DNA of 64,000 nucleotides, taken from an uncultured Gammaproteobacteria bacterium (GTDB lineage: Bacteria > Patescibacteriota > Microgenomatia > UBA8517). Numbering within the stretch: position 1 is the stretch's first letter; each line of letters begins with the position of its first letter. Below, one piece after another: positions 9,697 through 18,166 of the stretch. The stretch spans positions 92,651 to 156,650 of the forward strand of contig CAZRJH010000001.1 in the NCBI GenBank assembly GCA_964600575.1. The letters are read 5' to 3'. The translations under genes were made by a program, and so were the position numbers. The notes beneath the pieces are model-generated. The model had not been told where the DNA came from. It was given only the letters and a program-made list of their open reading frames with translations, and ran no database searches.

Positions 9697-10962
9697 ATGG
9701 CAAAGATTTCAAGAATTTGGGCAAGAGAAATTTTAGACAGCAGAGGTATCCCTACTGTGGAAACTGCCGTAATGTTGGATAACGGTCTTATTTCGGTTTC
9801 TGCCGTCCCTTCGGGTACATCAACTGGAACTCACGAAGCGTTGGAACTTAGGGATACCGACTCACCTAGGTTTCTTGGTCACGGTGTACAAAAGGCGGTA
9901 GAAAATGTGGCAGTATTGGGTCAGGCGTTAACGGGAATGGATCCCCAAGATCAGTTTGGAATCGACAAAAAGCTTGTTGAGTTGGACGGAACGGAGAATA
10001 AATCCAAATACGGTGCAAACGCAATTCTTTCTATTTCTCAGGCGGTTACAAAAGCCGGTGCGGCCTCGGCAGGACAACAGCTTTATGCTTGGGTTTTTGC
10101 ACTTGCCGCAAAAGGAGGAATAACAAAAAGTGTCAAAATGCCCGTACCACTTTTTAACATGATTAACGGTGGACTTCACGGAGCGGGAAATTTGGATTTT
10201 CAGGAGTTCTGGTGCATTCCGGCATCCAATAAAACTTTTAATGAAGGACTTCAGATTGGTGCCGAGGTTTATTTAAGCATCGGCGAAAATCTTGCCAGAC
10301 GCGGTGCAATTCACTCGGTAGGTCACGAAGGCGGCTACGCCCCTAACCTATTTACAAATGCGGACGCTTTCGAAGTCTTTGTGGAGTCGATAAAACAAAC
10401 AAAATATTCATTAGGAAGAGATGTCTTCTTGGGCTTAGATGTTGCCGCCAACTCTTTTTACAAAGGCGGCGAATATGTTATCAAAGACAGAAGCAGCGGA
10501 ATGGACGATAATCAACTTTTGGAATATTACAAAGGTTTGTATGACCAATATAAGCTCGCCATCTTGGAAGATTCGTATCAAGAAGATGCTTGGGATAGCT
10601 GGAAGAAAATTTACGGCGAAATGGGATCGCAGATGGTTGTTATGGGTGACGATCTTTTGGTTACAAATCCGAAGCGCGTACAAAAAGCTATCGAAGAAAA
10701 AGCTTGTAACGGTGCAGTTATCAAACCCAATCAGATAGGTACGGTAACGGAAACTTTGAATGTAGTAAAAATGGTTAGAGAAGCAGGTTGGAAAGTTCTT
10801 GTATCCCACAGAAGCGGAGAAACAAACGACAGTTTTATCGCCGACTTTTCTGTAGGAGTCGGAGCCGATTATGCAAAGTTTGGTGCCCCTGCCCGCGGCG
10901 AACGTGTTGCCAAGTACAACAGACTTGCCGCTATCGAAGTTGAACTTTCGAGAGTTAAGTAA
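9697..10962 (+). CDS. eno: enolase (phosphopyruvate hydratase)
   Basis: N-terminus MAKISRIWAREILDSRGIPTVE and enolase signature SHRSGETED-like (SHRSGETND). Confidence 0.95.
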   Translation: MAKISRIWAREILDSRGIPTVETAVMLDNGLISVSAVPSGTSTGTHEALELRDTDSPRFLGHGVQKAVENVAVLGQALTGMDPQDQFGIDKKLVELDGTENKSKYGANAILSISQAVTKAGAASAGQQLYAWVFALAAKGGITKSVKMPVPLFNMINGGLHGAGNLDFQEFWCIPASNKTFNEGLQIGAEVYLSIGENLARRGAIHSVGHEGGYAPNLFTNADAFEVFVESIKQTKYSLGRDVFLGLDVAANSFYKGGEYVIKDRSSGMDDNQLLEYYKGLYDQYKLAILEDSYQEDAWDSWKKIYGEMGSQMVVMGDDLLVTNPKRVQKAIEEKACNGAVIKPNQIGTVTETLNVVKMVREAGWKVLVSHRSGETNDSFIADFSVGVGADYAKFGAPARGERVAKYNRLAAIEVELSRVK

Positions 10963-10982
10963 TGTTTATCTCATAGAATCAT

Positions 10983-12641
10983 ATGAACCAGGATCCTCCT
11001 AAATTTGTGCTTCTAGTTGTGGCGGATGGCTGGGGAATTTCTGCTCCCGGGCCGGGGAACGCTATTACACAAGCGGAGACTCCAAATATGAATAGATTCC
11101 TGGTAAGTTACCCCCATACGCAACTCGGGGCGTCTGGAGACAGTGTGGGGTTGCCTCACGGAGAAGTCGGTAATACGGAAACAGGACATTTAAATCTGGG
11201 TGCGGGCAGGATTGTTTATCAGGATCTTCAAAGAATAAACATGAGCATTGCGGACGGCACATTTTTTATGAACCAAACTCTAATCGGAGCAATCGAGTAT
11301 GCAAGGGCAAATGGGGGGAATCTGCATTTGATGGGCCTTGTGGGCGCTGGTGGTGTTCACTCTAACATAGAACATCTTTATGCACTTATTGATATGGCCA
11401 AGAGAAATAATTTTGATAGAGTGTTCTTACATTTGTTTACGGACGGACGTGATTCTCCGCCAACTGCGGCAAAAACCTACGTATCCCAAATAAGAAAAGT
11501 AGTTCAGCAACACGGGCTGGGGCAAATCGCAAGTATTATGGGCAGATATTGGGCCATGGACAGAGATTTAAGATGGGAAAGAACAGAGAAGGCCTACAGA
11601 TGCCTTACAAAAGGTGAAGGTATATTGGTAAAAACACCCGAAGAGGCAATTGATATGTCATACGGCGAAGGTAAAACAGACGAATTTATTCCACCGTCCG
11701 TTATAACAGACGCAACAGGTAAACCGTTAACTACAATTAAAGAAAAAGATGCGGTTGTGTTTTTTAACTTTAGAATCGACAGACCACGCCAGCTGGCGCG
11801 CGCATTTGTTTTTGAAGACTTTGCAACTGCAAATATTTCGGTCGGTTTTGATCCATATAAAGTTAAATACGAAAAATCTCATCTTACGGAAACTCCCAAG
11901 GTTGTGCCCGAACCTTTTGCGAGAGGACCTCGCATAAAAGATCTTTATTTTATAACTATGACCGAATACGGAAAACCAATTACCGATGCTGGAGCAAAAG
12001 TTGCATTCCCACCCGAAACGGTAGCCCTACCATTGGGTAGTGTGATTTCTGAATACGGTTACAAGCAGTTAAGAATGTGTGAAAGTGAAAAAGAAAGGTT
12101 TGTGACTTTTTATTTTAACGGACAACAAGAAACTGCTTTTTTGGGTGAGGATCGACTTATAATTCCTTCACCGAAGATTGCCACATACGACTTGATGCCG
12201 GAAATGAGTGCAGTAAAAGTTACCGAGGCGCTCTTGCAACGCCTAAAAGATTTTCCTGACTACAAATTTGTACTGGTAAACTTTGCAAACGCCGATATGG
12301 TTGGACACACAGGCAATATCGGTGCGGCAGTTAAGGCTTGTAAGGTTGTTGATGATTGTTTGGGTAAGCTTGCGTCTTGGGTTTTGGCATACGACGGCTT
12401 GATGATTATTACGGCGGATCACGGTAATGCCGAAGAAATGATAGAGGCACAAACGGGAGAAATTGAGACGGAGCATAGTTCTAATCCCGTACATTTTATT
12501 GCAATCTCTAAATCACTTGCAGGTAAAAATCAAACACTGACATCAGGGATACTTGCGGATGTTGCTCCCACAATTCTTAAAGCACTAAAATTGGAAGTTC
12601 CTTCTAGCATGACGGGTAGAAATCTTCTAGAGAATTTTTAA
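10983..12641 (+). CDS. gpmI: 2,3-bisphosphoglycerate-independent phosphoglycerate mutase
   Basis: N-terminal LLVVADGWGIS, central TDGRDS and C-terminal ADHGNAEEM motifs of the iPGM family. 552 aa. Confidence 0.85.
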   Translation: MNQDPPKFVLLVVADGWGISAPGPGNAITQAETPNMNRFLVSYPHTQLGASGDSVGLPHGEVGNTETGHLNLGAGRIVYQDLQRINMSIADGTFFMNQTLIGAIEYARANGGNLHLMGLVGAGGVHSNIEHLYALIDMAKRNNFDRVFLHLFTDGRDSPPTAAKTYVSQIRKVVQQHGLGQIASIMGRYWAMDRDLRWERTEKAYRCLTKGEGILVKTPEEAIDMSYGEGKTDEFIPPSVITDATGKPLTTIKEKDAVVFFNFRIDRPRQLARAFVFEDFATANISVGFDPYKVKYEKSHLTETPKVVPEPFARGPRIKDLYFITMTEYGKPITDAGAKVAFPPETVALPLGSVISEYGYKQLRMCESEKERFVTFYFNGQQETAFLGEDRLIIPSPKIATYDLMPEMSAVKVTEALLQRLKDFPDYKFVLVNFANADMVGHTGNIGAAVKACKVVDDCLGKLASWVLAYDGLMIITADHGNAEEMIEAQTGEIETEHSSNPVHFIAISKSLAGKNQTLTSGILADVAPTILKALKLEVPSSMTGRNLLENF

Positions 12642-13303
12642 TCCAAATTTTCCTCTATAGTTTTGGGGGTAAGTTTCTTGTGTTTTATTACCTCAATTGC
12701 AACTGGTAGAAGAGAGAGAGCTATTATACCAAGAACAAGGTAGTGGAAGTTCTCCTGCACTACAGGAATGTTTCCAAAAATATAACCCATCCAGAGGAAT
12801 AATGTAACCCAAATAATTCCGCCGACTACATTGTAGGTGACAAATTTTTGATAATCCATTCTTGCGAATCCGGCAACAAAAGGAGCAAATGTACGAACAA
12901 TCGGAACAAACCTTGCCATAACAATGGCTTTATTCCCGTGTTTTTCGTAGAAGGCCTCAGCTTTCGCAAAATACTCCTTTTTAATAAACCTGCTTTCTGA
13001 CTTGGAAATCCTTGGGCCTATTTTGTGGCCAATCCAATAATTTACTGTGTCTCCGACAATTGCGGCTACCAAAAACAAGGGATAAAGAATTAATACATTC
13101 ATATAATTTGCAGCTGCCAAAGCACCTGCAGCAAAGAGCAAAGAGTCTCCCGGTAAAAACGGAGTAACAACAAAACCCGTTTCCATAAAGACAACCAAAA
13201 ACAGAAAAGCGTATATAAGAACGCCGTATTCCGATACGGCTAAAGAAAGATTTTTATCTAAATGGAGGAATAAGTCCGCAATTTTTAAAATAAATTCTTG
13301 CAC
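12638..13303 (-). CDS. DedA/SNARE-associated family membrane protein
   Basis: Polytopic protein with the DedA signature region RFVPIVRTFAPFVAG...YNVVGGIIW. Convergent with gpmI, overlapping it by 4 nt. Confidence 0.75.
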   Translation of the reverse strand: MQEFILKIADLFLHLDKNLSLAVSEYGVLIYAFLFLVVFMETGFVVTPFLPGDSLLFAAGALAAANYMNVLILYPLFLVAAIVGDTVNYWIGHKIGPRISKSESRFIKKEYFAKAEAFYEKHGNKAIVMARFVPIVRTFAPFVAGFARMDYQKFVTYNVVGGIIWVTLFLWMGYIFGNIPVVQENFHYLVLGIIALSLLPVAIEVIKHKKLTPKTIEENLD

Positions 13304-13375
13304 TCCACAATTCTACATTTTGTTTATACATAAGACAACACTAAACAAAGTAGTTTGAAGAAAACTTAGCAATTT

Positions 13376-13999
13376 TTAGTTTGTGGAGTATCTTCTTACA
13401 AGCCCTACAACCTTTCCTTGGATTCTTACATTTTTAACGAAAATCGGTTGCATTTTGGCATTGGCGGGTTCTAACCTTATTCTTGTGGCCTCTTTAAAAA
13501 ATCTTTTGAGTGTAGCCATGCCGTTATCAAGAAGTGCCACTACAATTTGACCGTTTGTTGCATTTTCCGTTTGCTCGATTATTACATGGTCCCCATCCAT
13601 TATTCCGTCTTCTATCATGCTTTCGCCCCTAACCTGCAAAACATAAGTTCTTTTTTTGCCACTTACCATACCTTGGGGTATACCCATTGTTGCGTTGGGG
13701 TCGGTGTAGGGTTCTATGGGGGATCCGGCTGCTATAAATCCAAGAATTGGTGCTTCGAATCCGTCTTTAACAAAGTTGACATCTCCTTCGCCTAACTCAA
13801 TTGCCCTAACTTTGCCGGACCTTCTTTTAATTAGTCCTTTTTCCTCGAGCGCCTGTAAGTGTTCGTGTACCGTTGCCAGAGAAGAAACTCCTATCGCATC
13901 TGCAATCCCTCGAAGTGTTGGGGCGGAGCCGTTGTTTTGAATATATTGTCGGATGAAATCTAAAATTTGTTGTTGTCTTTTGTAAACTATTAGTGCCAT
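13376..13999 (-). CDS. lexA: LexA repressor (S24 peptidase, SOS regulator)
   Basis: N-terminal wHTH (TLRGIADAIGVSSLATVHEHLQALEEKGLIKR) and C-terminal S24 self-cleavage domain with GESM(IE) and a downstream Lys. Start chosen at the internal Met (MALIVYK), because the ORF upstream of it is not LexA-like. Confidence 0.85.
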   Translation of the reverse strand: MALIVYKRQQQILDFIRQYIQNNGSAPTLRGIADAIGVSSLATVHEHLQALEEKGLIKRRSGKVRAIELGEGDVNFVKDGFEAPILGFIAAGSPIEPYTDPNATMGIPQGMVSGKKRTYVLQVRGESMIEDGIMDGDHVIIEQTENATNGQIVVALLDNGMATLKRFFKEATRIRLEPANAKMQPIFVKNVRIQGKVVGLVRRYSTN

Positions 14000-14009
14000 A
14001 TCAAGATTA

Positions 14010-14038
14010 AATTTACAAATAAAACCCGAACGGGTCAA
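14010..14038 (-). promoter_or_regulatory. putative lexA promoter: -35 TTGACC, 17-nt spacer, -10 TAAATT; near-leaderless
   Basis: Read on the minus strand immediately upstream of the lexA ATG. The -10 ends about 10 nt before the ATG and there is no SD. Confidence 0.35.
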
Positions 14039-14078
14039 CTGGATCTTTTATAATCAAAACCGAACAAAAGCCGAAGTT

Positions 14079-15047
14079 TTAGTATTTGTCAGTAGCTACA
14101 AGCATATGTGGGATGGTCATTTTGTTTTGTCTACCAAGAGTTACTGCAAGTGTCCAAAGTAAGGAATCCGTTTTGCCTTCTGTGATTCCAAGATTGTCGG
14201 ATAATTTTTTACCTATTACGATAGAGGCTGCTCTAAGAGCTTTTTCGTCAGGGCTTCCGGTTTCCAATATCTCCCCGTCTAAAAGTTTTTGATTAAGTTC
14301 TTCAGATAAATTTATTGCTTCCATGTTGTACATAAGTTGGGGGAGTCTATAATCCGCCATAACAGTTAAATTTTCCGTTCCTGTGATGTTGGAACCAAAT
14401 CTTCTTTTTAATACTCCATCTAACATATTAACGGCAAGTTGGGACCTTTTTTGAAACTCGTCTTTAAAAAAGGGTGTTCCGTTTAAAAACGCTAAAATAA
14501 ATTTGGTGTCATACTTTGCGGCAGATAAAAATTGATTTACATCCAAAAAACCCATTTTTTCCAAATTGTGTGCAAATCTTGCAATCCTCGTTCCTCGTTC
14601 TTCTCCCATAAAAAAATCAGAGTTTTCGTCTAGCTGTGCGACACTGCGCCATTTCTCCGCGGTCATATTTGCCACCTCCGAAGTTGAATACCAGGATATT
14701 CCCGATTCGGTCATTGCTTTTTTAAGCCCTGTAGAACGGAAAACTTTTGAACCCTGGGATGACCTGTAAACATAATCAGTTTTTGTATACGGATTTTGGT
14801 AACAAAAATTTACAACATTGAAAAATAAATTTAAGCCAAGTTCATCTTCGGCGGACAACGAATCCTCGGAAAATTCGGTAGAAAGGTTGGCGGAGTCAAA
14901 TGAACGCAAGCTTTCCGTTAGAACACCGTCAACTGCTTCACTATTGATCTGTAAAATATCGTGGGAATTTTCTAATATTTCGGAAGCAACAATTCGTAGG
15001 TCTTTTGCTGAAGTTTTTATTCTCTCCGGCATACGGCTTTTTAACAT
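14079..15047 (-). CDS. hypothetical protein, possibly DUF2419/Qng1-like queuosine-salvage family
   Basis: 322 aa. The family assignment rests only on weak pattern recall (N-terminal SAKDLRIVASEILENSHDIL...EAVDGV). Divergent from uvrB. Confidence 0.35.
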   Translation of the reverse strand: MLKSRMPERIKTSAKDLRIVASEILENSHDILQINSEAVDGVLTESLRSFDSANLSTEFSEDSLSAEDELGLNLFFNVVNFCYQNPYTKTDYVYRSSQGSKVFRSTGLKKAMTESGISWYSTSEVANMTAEKWRSVAQLDENSDFFMGEERGTRIARFAHNLEKMGFLDVNQFLSAAKYDTKFILAFLNGTPFFKDEFQKRSQLAVNMLDGVLKRRFGSNITGTENLTVMADYRLPQLMYNMEAINLSEELNQKLLDGEILETGSPDEKALRAASIVIGKKLSDNLGITEGKTDSLLWTLAVTLGRQNKMTIPHMLVATDKY

Positions 15048-15082
15048 TACAAAATAATCAAGTCAATCAGTATTTAATTGGA

Positions 15083-15097
15083 CACAGCTTCGCTGTG
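15083..15097. promoter_or_regulatory. perfect palindrome CACAGC-TTC-GCTGTG 17 nt upstream of uvrB start; candidate operator
   Basis: Arms are exact reverse complements. Sits in the 66-nt divergent intergenic region between the Qng1-like gene and uvrB. Confidence 0.35.
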
Positions 15098-15113
15098 GTA
15101 GAATTGAGGCTGT

Positions 15114-17138
15114 ATGAAGAAATTTGAACTTGTATCCAAGTACAAACCGATCCCAGATCAGGAAGATGCCGTCAAAAAAATTGCGTCAGGTGTGGAAAAA
15201 GGAGAAAAATATCAAACACTTTTGGGTGTAACGGGTAGCGGAAAAACTTTTACTATGGCGAATGTTATAGAAAAAGTTCAACGCCCTACACTTATCATTT
15301 CACACAACAAGACCTTGGCTGCGCAGTTATATCAGGAAATGCGGGATCTTTTTCCTAAAAACGCAGTGTCATATTTTGTTTCCTACTACGACTATTATCA
15401 ACCCGAAGCATATATCCCATCCACCGATACTTATATAGAAAAAGATGCGGATATAAACGAAACTATAGATAAACTACGCCTTGCGGCAACCGCCAATTTG
15501 TTAACCAGAAACGATACCATTGTCGTTGCCTCCGTTTCTTGTATCTATAACATCGGCTCCCCAAGAGAATATGGACATTTTGTTTTTGAATTCATGGAAG
15601 GGATGAAAATCGGCAGAGAGCAAATTATCGATAGAATAGTAGATCTTCAGTACGAAAGGAGTGAGTACGGATTTAATCGGGGCACATTCAGAGTTCGCGG
15701 AGATGCCGTTGATATATATCCGGCTTATATGGATCAAGGGATTCATATTGAAGTAACGGGAGACAAAATTTCCAAAGTAGAAACAATTGACCCTTTAACA
15801 GGTAAGGTTATAGAAAACAAAGAGCAGTACGAAACAAAGTATGTTTTGTATCCTGCTAAGCATTTTATGACCAACCCCCAAACTTACAAGGAAGTTTTTG
15901 AAGTTATTAAAGAAGACTTAAATAAACGAGTCAAAGAACTTAAAGCTCAAGGAAAAAATTTGGAAGCTCACAGACTTGCTCAAAAAGTTACATACGACAT
16001 GGAAATGGTCCAGGAGGTGGGTTATGTAAAAGGAATAGAAAATTATTCCAGATATTTCGACGGCAGAACCCCCGGGGATGCCCCTTTCTCTTTGTTGGAT
16101 TATTTTAACGAACCTTATAAAAACGATTGGATGCTTATAGTTGATGAGTCGCATATGACATTCCCCCAGGTTAGGGGAATGTACAACGGAGACTTGGCCA
16201 GAAAACAAACTTTAATAGATTACGGATTCCGTTTACCGTCGGCATTGGACAATAGACCCCTAAGGTTTGAGGAGTTTATGAGGAGAATCCCCAACTTTGT
16301 TGCGCTCTCCGCAACCCCCAACGATTGGGAACTAAGTATGAGCGGGGGTAAAAAAGTTGAGCTTTTGGTTCGCCCTACGGGAATTCCCGACCCAGAGGTG
16401 GATATTAGGCCTGTAAAAGATCAGGTTTCGGATGTGATAGAAGAAATCAAAAAGACGGTTGCCAAAAAGCAAAGAACTTTGGTTACAACTTTAACCAAAA
16501 AAACGGCAGAAGATTTAACAAATTATCTAAACGAGCAGGGATTAAAAGTTCAATATCTTCATTCCGATGTTGCAACTTTAGATAGAACGGACATTTTGGA
16601 CGATCTTAGGGCAGGTAAATATGATGTTCTGGTGGGAATAAATCTTCTAAGAGAAGGGTTGGACTTACCAGAAGTTAGTTTGGTGGCAATACTCGATGCC
16701 GATAAAGAAGGATTTTTAAGAAGCGATGTTACTTTGATCCAAACAATGGGGAGGGCGGCACGCCATGTAGAAGGAAGAGTGATAATGTATGCAGATAGAA
16801 TTACCGGGTCTATGGATAGGGCGTTAAAAGAGGTTGGAAGAAGGCGGAAGTATCAAATTGAATACAACAAAAAACACGGAATAACCCCCAAAAGTATAGA
16901 AAAGGCAATAAGAGAGAAGCTGGTAGATAGAAGCGAAAAAGAAACACCCTCCTGGGTATTTGGTGCAAAAGAGCATGTTTACGAAAGCTTACCTCACTTG
17001 GAAGTGGATGCCATGACCCCGCCCGAAAAGAAAAGACTAGTTAAAAATTTACAAACGGAAATGCGACTTGCCGCACAGGATTTAAACTTTGAATTAGCCG
17101 CGGAGATAAGGGATAAAATAAGGGAGATTTCTATCTGA
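15114..17138 (+). CDS. uvrB: excinuclease ABC subunit B
   Basis: Walker A GVTGSGKTFTMAN, helicase motifs and a C-terminal UvrB/UvrC-interaction UVR motif (ELAAEIRDKIREI). 674 aa. Confidence 0.95.
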   Translation: MKKFELVSKYKPIPDQEDAVKKIASGVEKGEKYQTLLGVTGSGKTFTMANVIEKVQRPTLIISHNKTLAAQLYQEMRDLFPKNAVSYFVSYYDYYQPEAYIPSTDTYIEKDADINETIDKLRLAATANLLTRNDTIVVASVSCIYNIGSPREYGHFVFEFMEGMKIGREQIIDRIVDLQYERSEYGFNRGTFRVRGDAVDIYPAYMDQGIHIEVTGDKISKVETIDPLTGKVIENKEQYETKYVLYPAKHFMTNPQTYKEVFEVIKEDLNKRVKELKAQGKNLEAHRLAQKVTYDMEMVQEVGYVKGIENYSRYFDGRTPGDAPFSLLDYFNEPYKNDWMLIVDESHMTFPQVRGMYNGDLARKQTLIDYGFRLPSALDNRPLRFEEFMRRIPNFVALSATPNDWELSMSGGKKVELLVRPTGIPDPEVDIRPVKDQVSDVIEEIKKTVAKKQRTLVTTLTKKTAEDLTNYLNEQGLKVQYLHSDVATLDRTDILDDLRAGKYDVLVGINLLREGLDLPEVSLVAILDADKEGFLRSDVTLIQTMGRAARHVEGRVIMYADRITGSMDRALKEVGRRRKYQIEYNKKHGITPKSIEKAIREKLVDRSEKETPSWVFGAKEHVYESLPHLEVDAMTPPEKKRLVKNLQTEMRLAAQDLNFELAAEIRDKIREISI

Positions 17139-17164
17139 CAAGAGGCTCTATCTAAACGAAAATA

Positions 17165-17611
17165 CTATTTAGTTTCTTTTAATAAAGATACTTTAACCCC
17201 TTTAGACTCCATAATAGCGGAGGCTTTTTGCAAAAAACTTTCTTCGCTTTCGTTGTGTTCATAAAAATAAAGATGAAGGGCCAAAACCCCTTTAAAAACC
17301 GCTCCGTCGCTATATAGCCTTTCCGTGTGTCCGTTATAAGGGAGTCCAAGTGTGTGCGCCATTTCTTCTGCAAGATTAGAGTTGGGTTTAACGGAAAGCT
17401 CGGAAATATTAATATTGGCCATATTTTGTATCGAGTCTTCGGCGGGTTGGTTGATTCGTAGCGGGATAATAACCGAATCGTTAACTAAAATTCCAAGAAA
17501 GTTTTTTCTTTCGGTACTTTGAATTATTACCGTTTTCCCATATCTGGTATCCCCGCTTTCTTTAAGCAGGTTTGTCAGTTCATGTTTTGTGCCCAGTAAA
17601 AATTCACCCAT
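17165..17611 (-). CDS. hypothetical protein
   Basis: 148-aa ORF convergent with uvrB. No motif recognised. Confidence 0.5.
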   Translation of the reverse strand: MGEFLLGTKHELTNLLKESGDTRYGKTVIIQSTERKNFLGILVNDSVIIPLRINQPAEDSIQNMANINISELSVKPNSNLAEEMAHTLGLPYNGHTERLYSDGAVFKGVLALHLYFYEHNESEESFLQKASAIMESKGVKVSLLKETK

Positions 17612-17650
17612 GGGTGTGGATTATATAGGCCAGAAAGAAAAAATGGAAGA

Positions 17651-18130
17651 CTATGCGATCCTGGTAGAGCCTTTAAGATCGTCTATTTTAACGGGCTGAA
17701 TTCCAAAGATCATCATTTTATTTTTAGTTAACGCAGCCACTCTAAAACCGATTGTATTGGCCAGATTTACCATTGCCCCTAACTCGGCCAAGTTTTGGTC
17801 CATATCGGGTTGCATGGGGACTTCTTCTCGTTCTCCGGGTTCGCTCGAAATAATTTCTTTAATTTTAAACATAATTGGCGTCATGGGGGCGGCATAATCG
17901 AGCGTACTACCCAAAATTAAACTGGTATTAATATATATGCCTTCGGGTAGGCCTGTTCTTGAGTCGTTTTGGGTTAAGCTAATAAACGAAAAGACAATGC
18001 CCTCGTCTGTTACTTCGGGATAAGTTACAAATTTTTGCTCGTCTTCCATGTTGCCCGGGAGTCTTCTAACCGCATCATGCCATCTTTTCGGGGGTTTTGG
18101 GGGCTCGGGATATGTATCCCTTTCTGTCAT
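17651..18130 (-). CDS. hypothetical protein
   Basis: 159-aa ORF. No motif recognised. Confidence 0.5.
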   Translation of the reverse strand: MTERDTYPEPPKPPKRWHDAVRRLPGNMEDEQKFVTYPEVTDEGIVFSFISLTQNDSRTGLPEGIYINTSLILGSTLDYAAPMTPIMFKIKEIISSEPGEREEVPMQPDMDQNLAELGAMVNLANTIGFRVAALTKNKMMIFGIQPVKIDDLKGSTRIA

Positions 18131-18166
18131 ATAGGCTATTATATTCTTGGTTTGTTTGTTGTCAAA

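Noticed and set aside
13547-13940. Two plus-strand ORFs antisense to lexA
   Set aside because: They overlap the conserved LexA coding sequence on the other strand and have no motif.
14020-14040. Gram-positive-type LexA box (CGAAC-N4-GTTCG) at lexA promoter
   Set aside because: CGAACGGGTCAAC overlaps the -35 element but is not a palindrome; the second half-site is missing.
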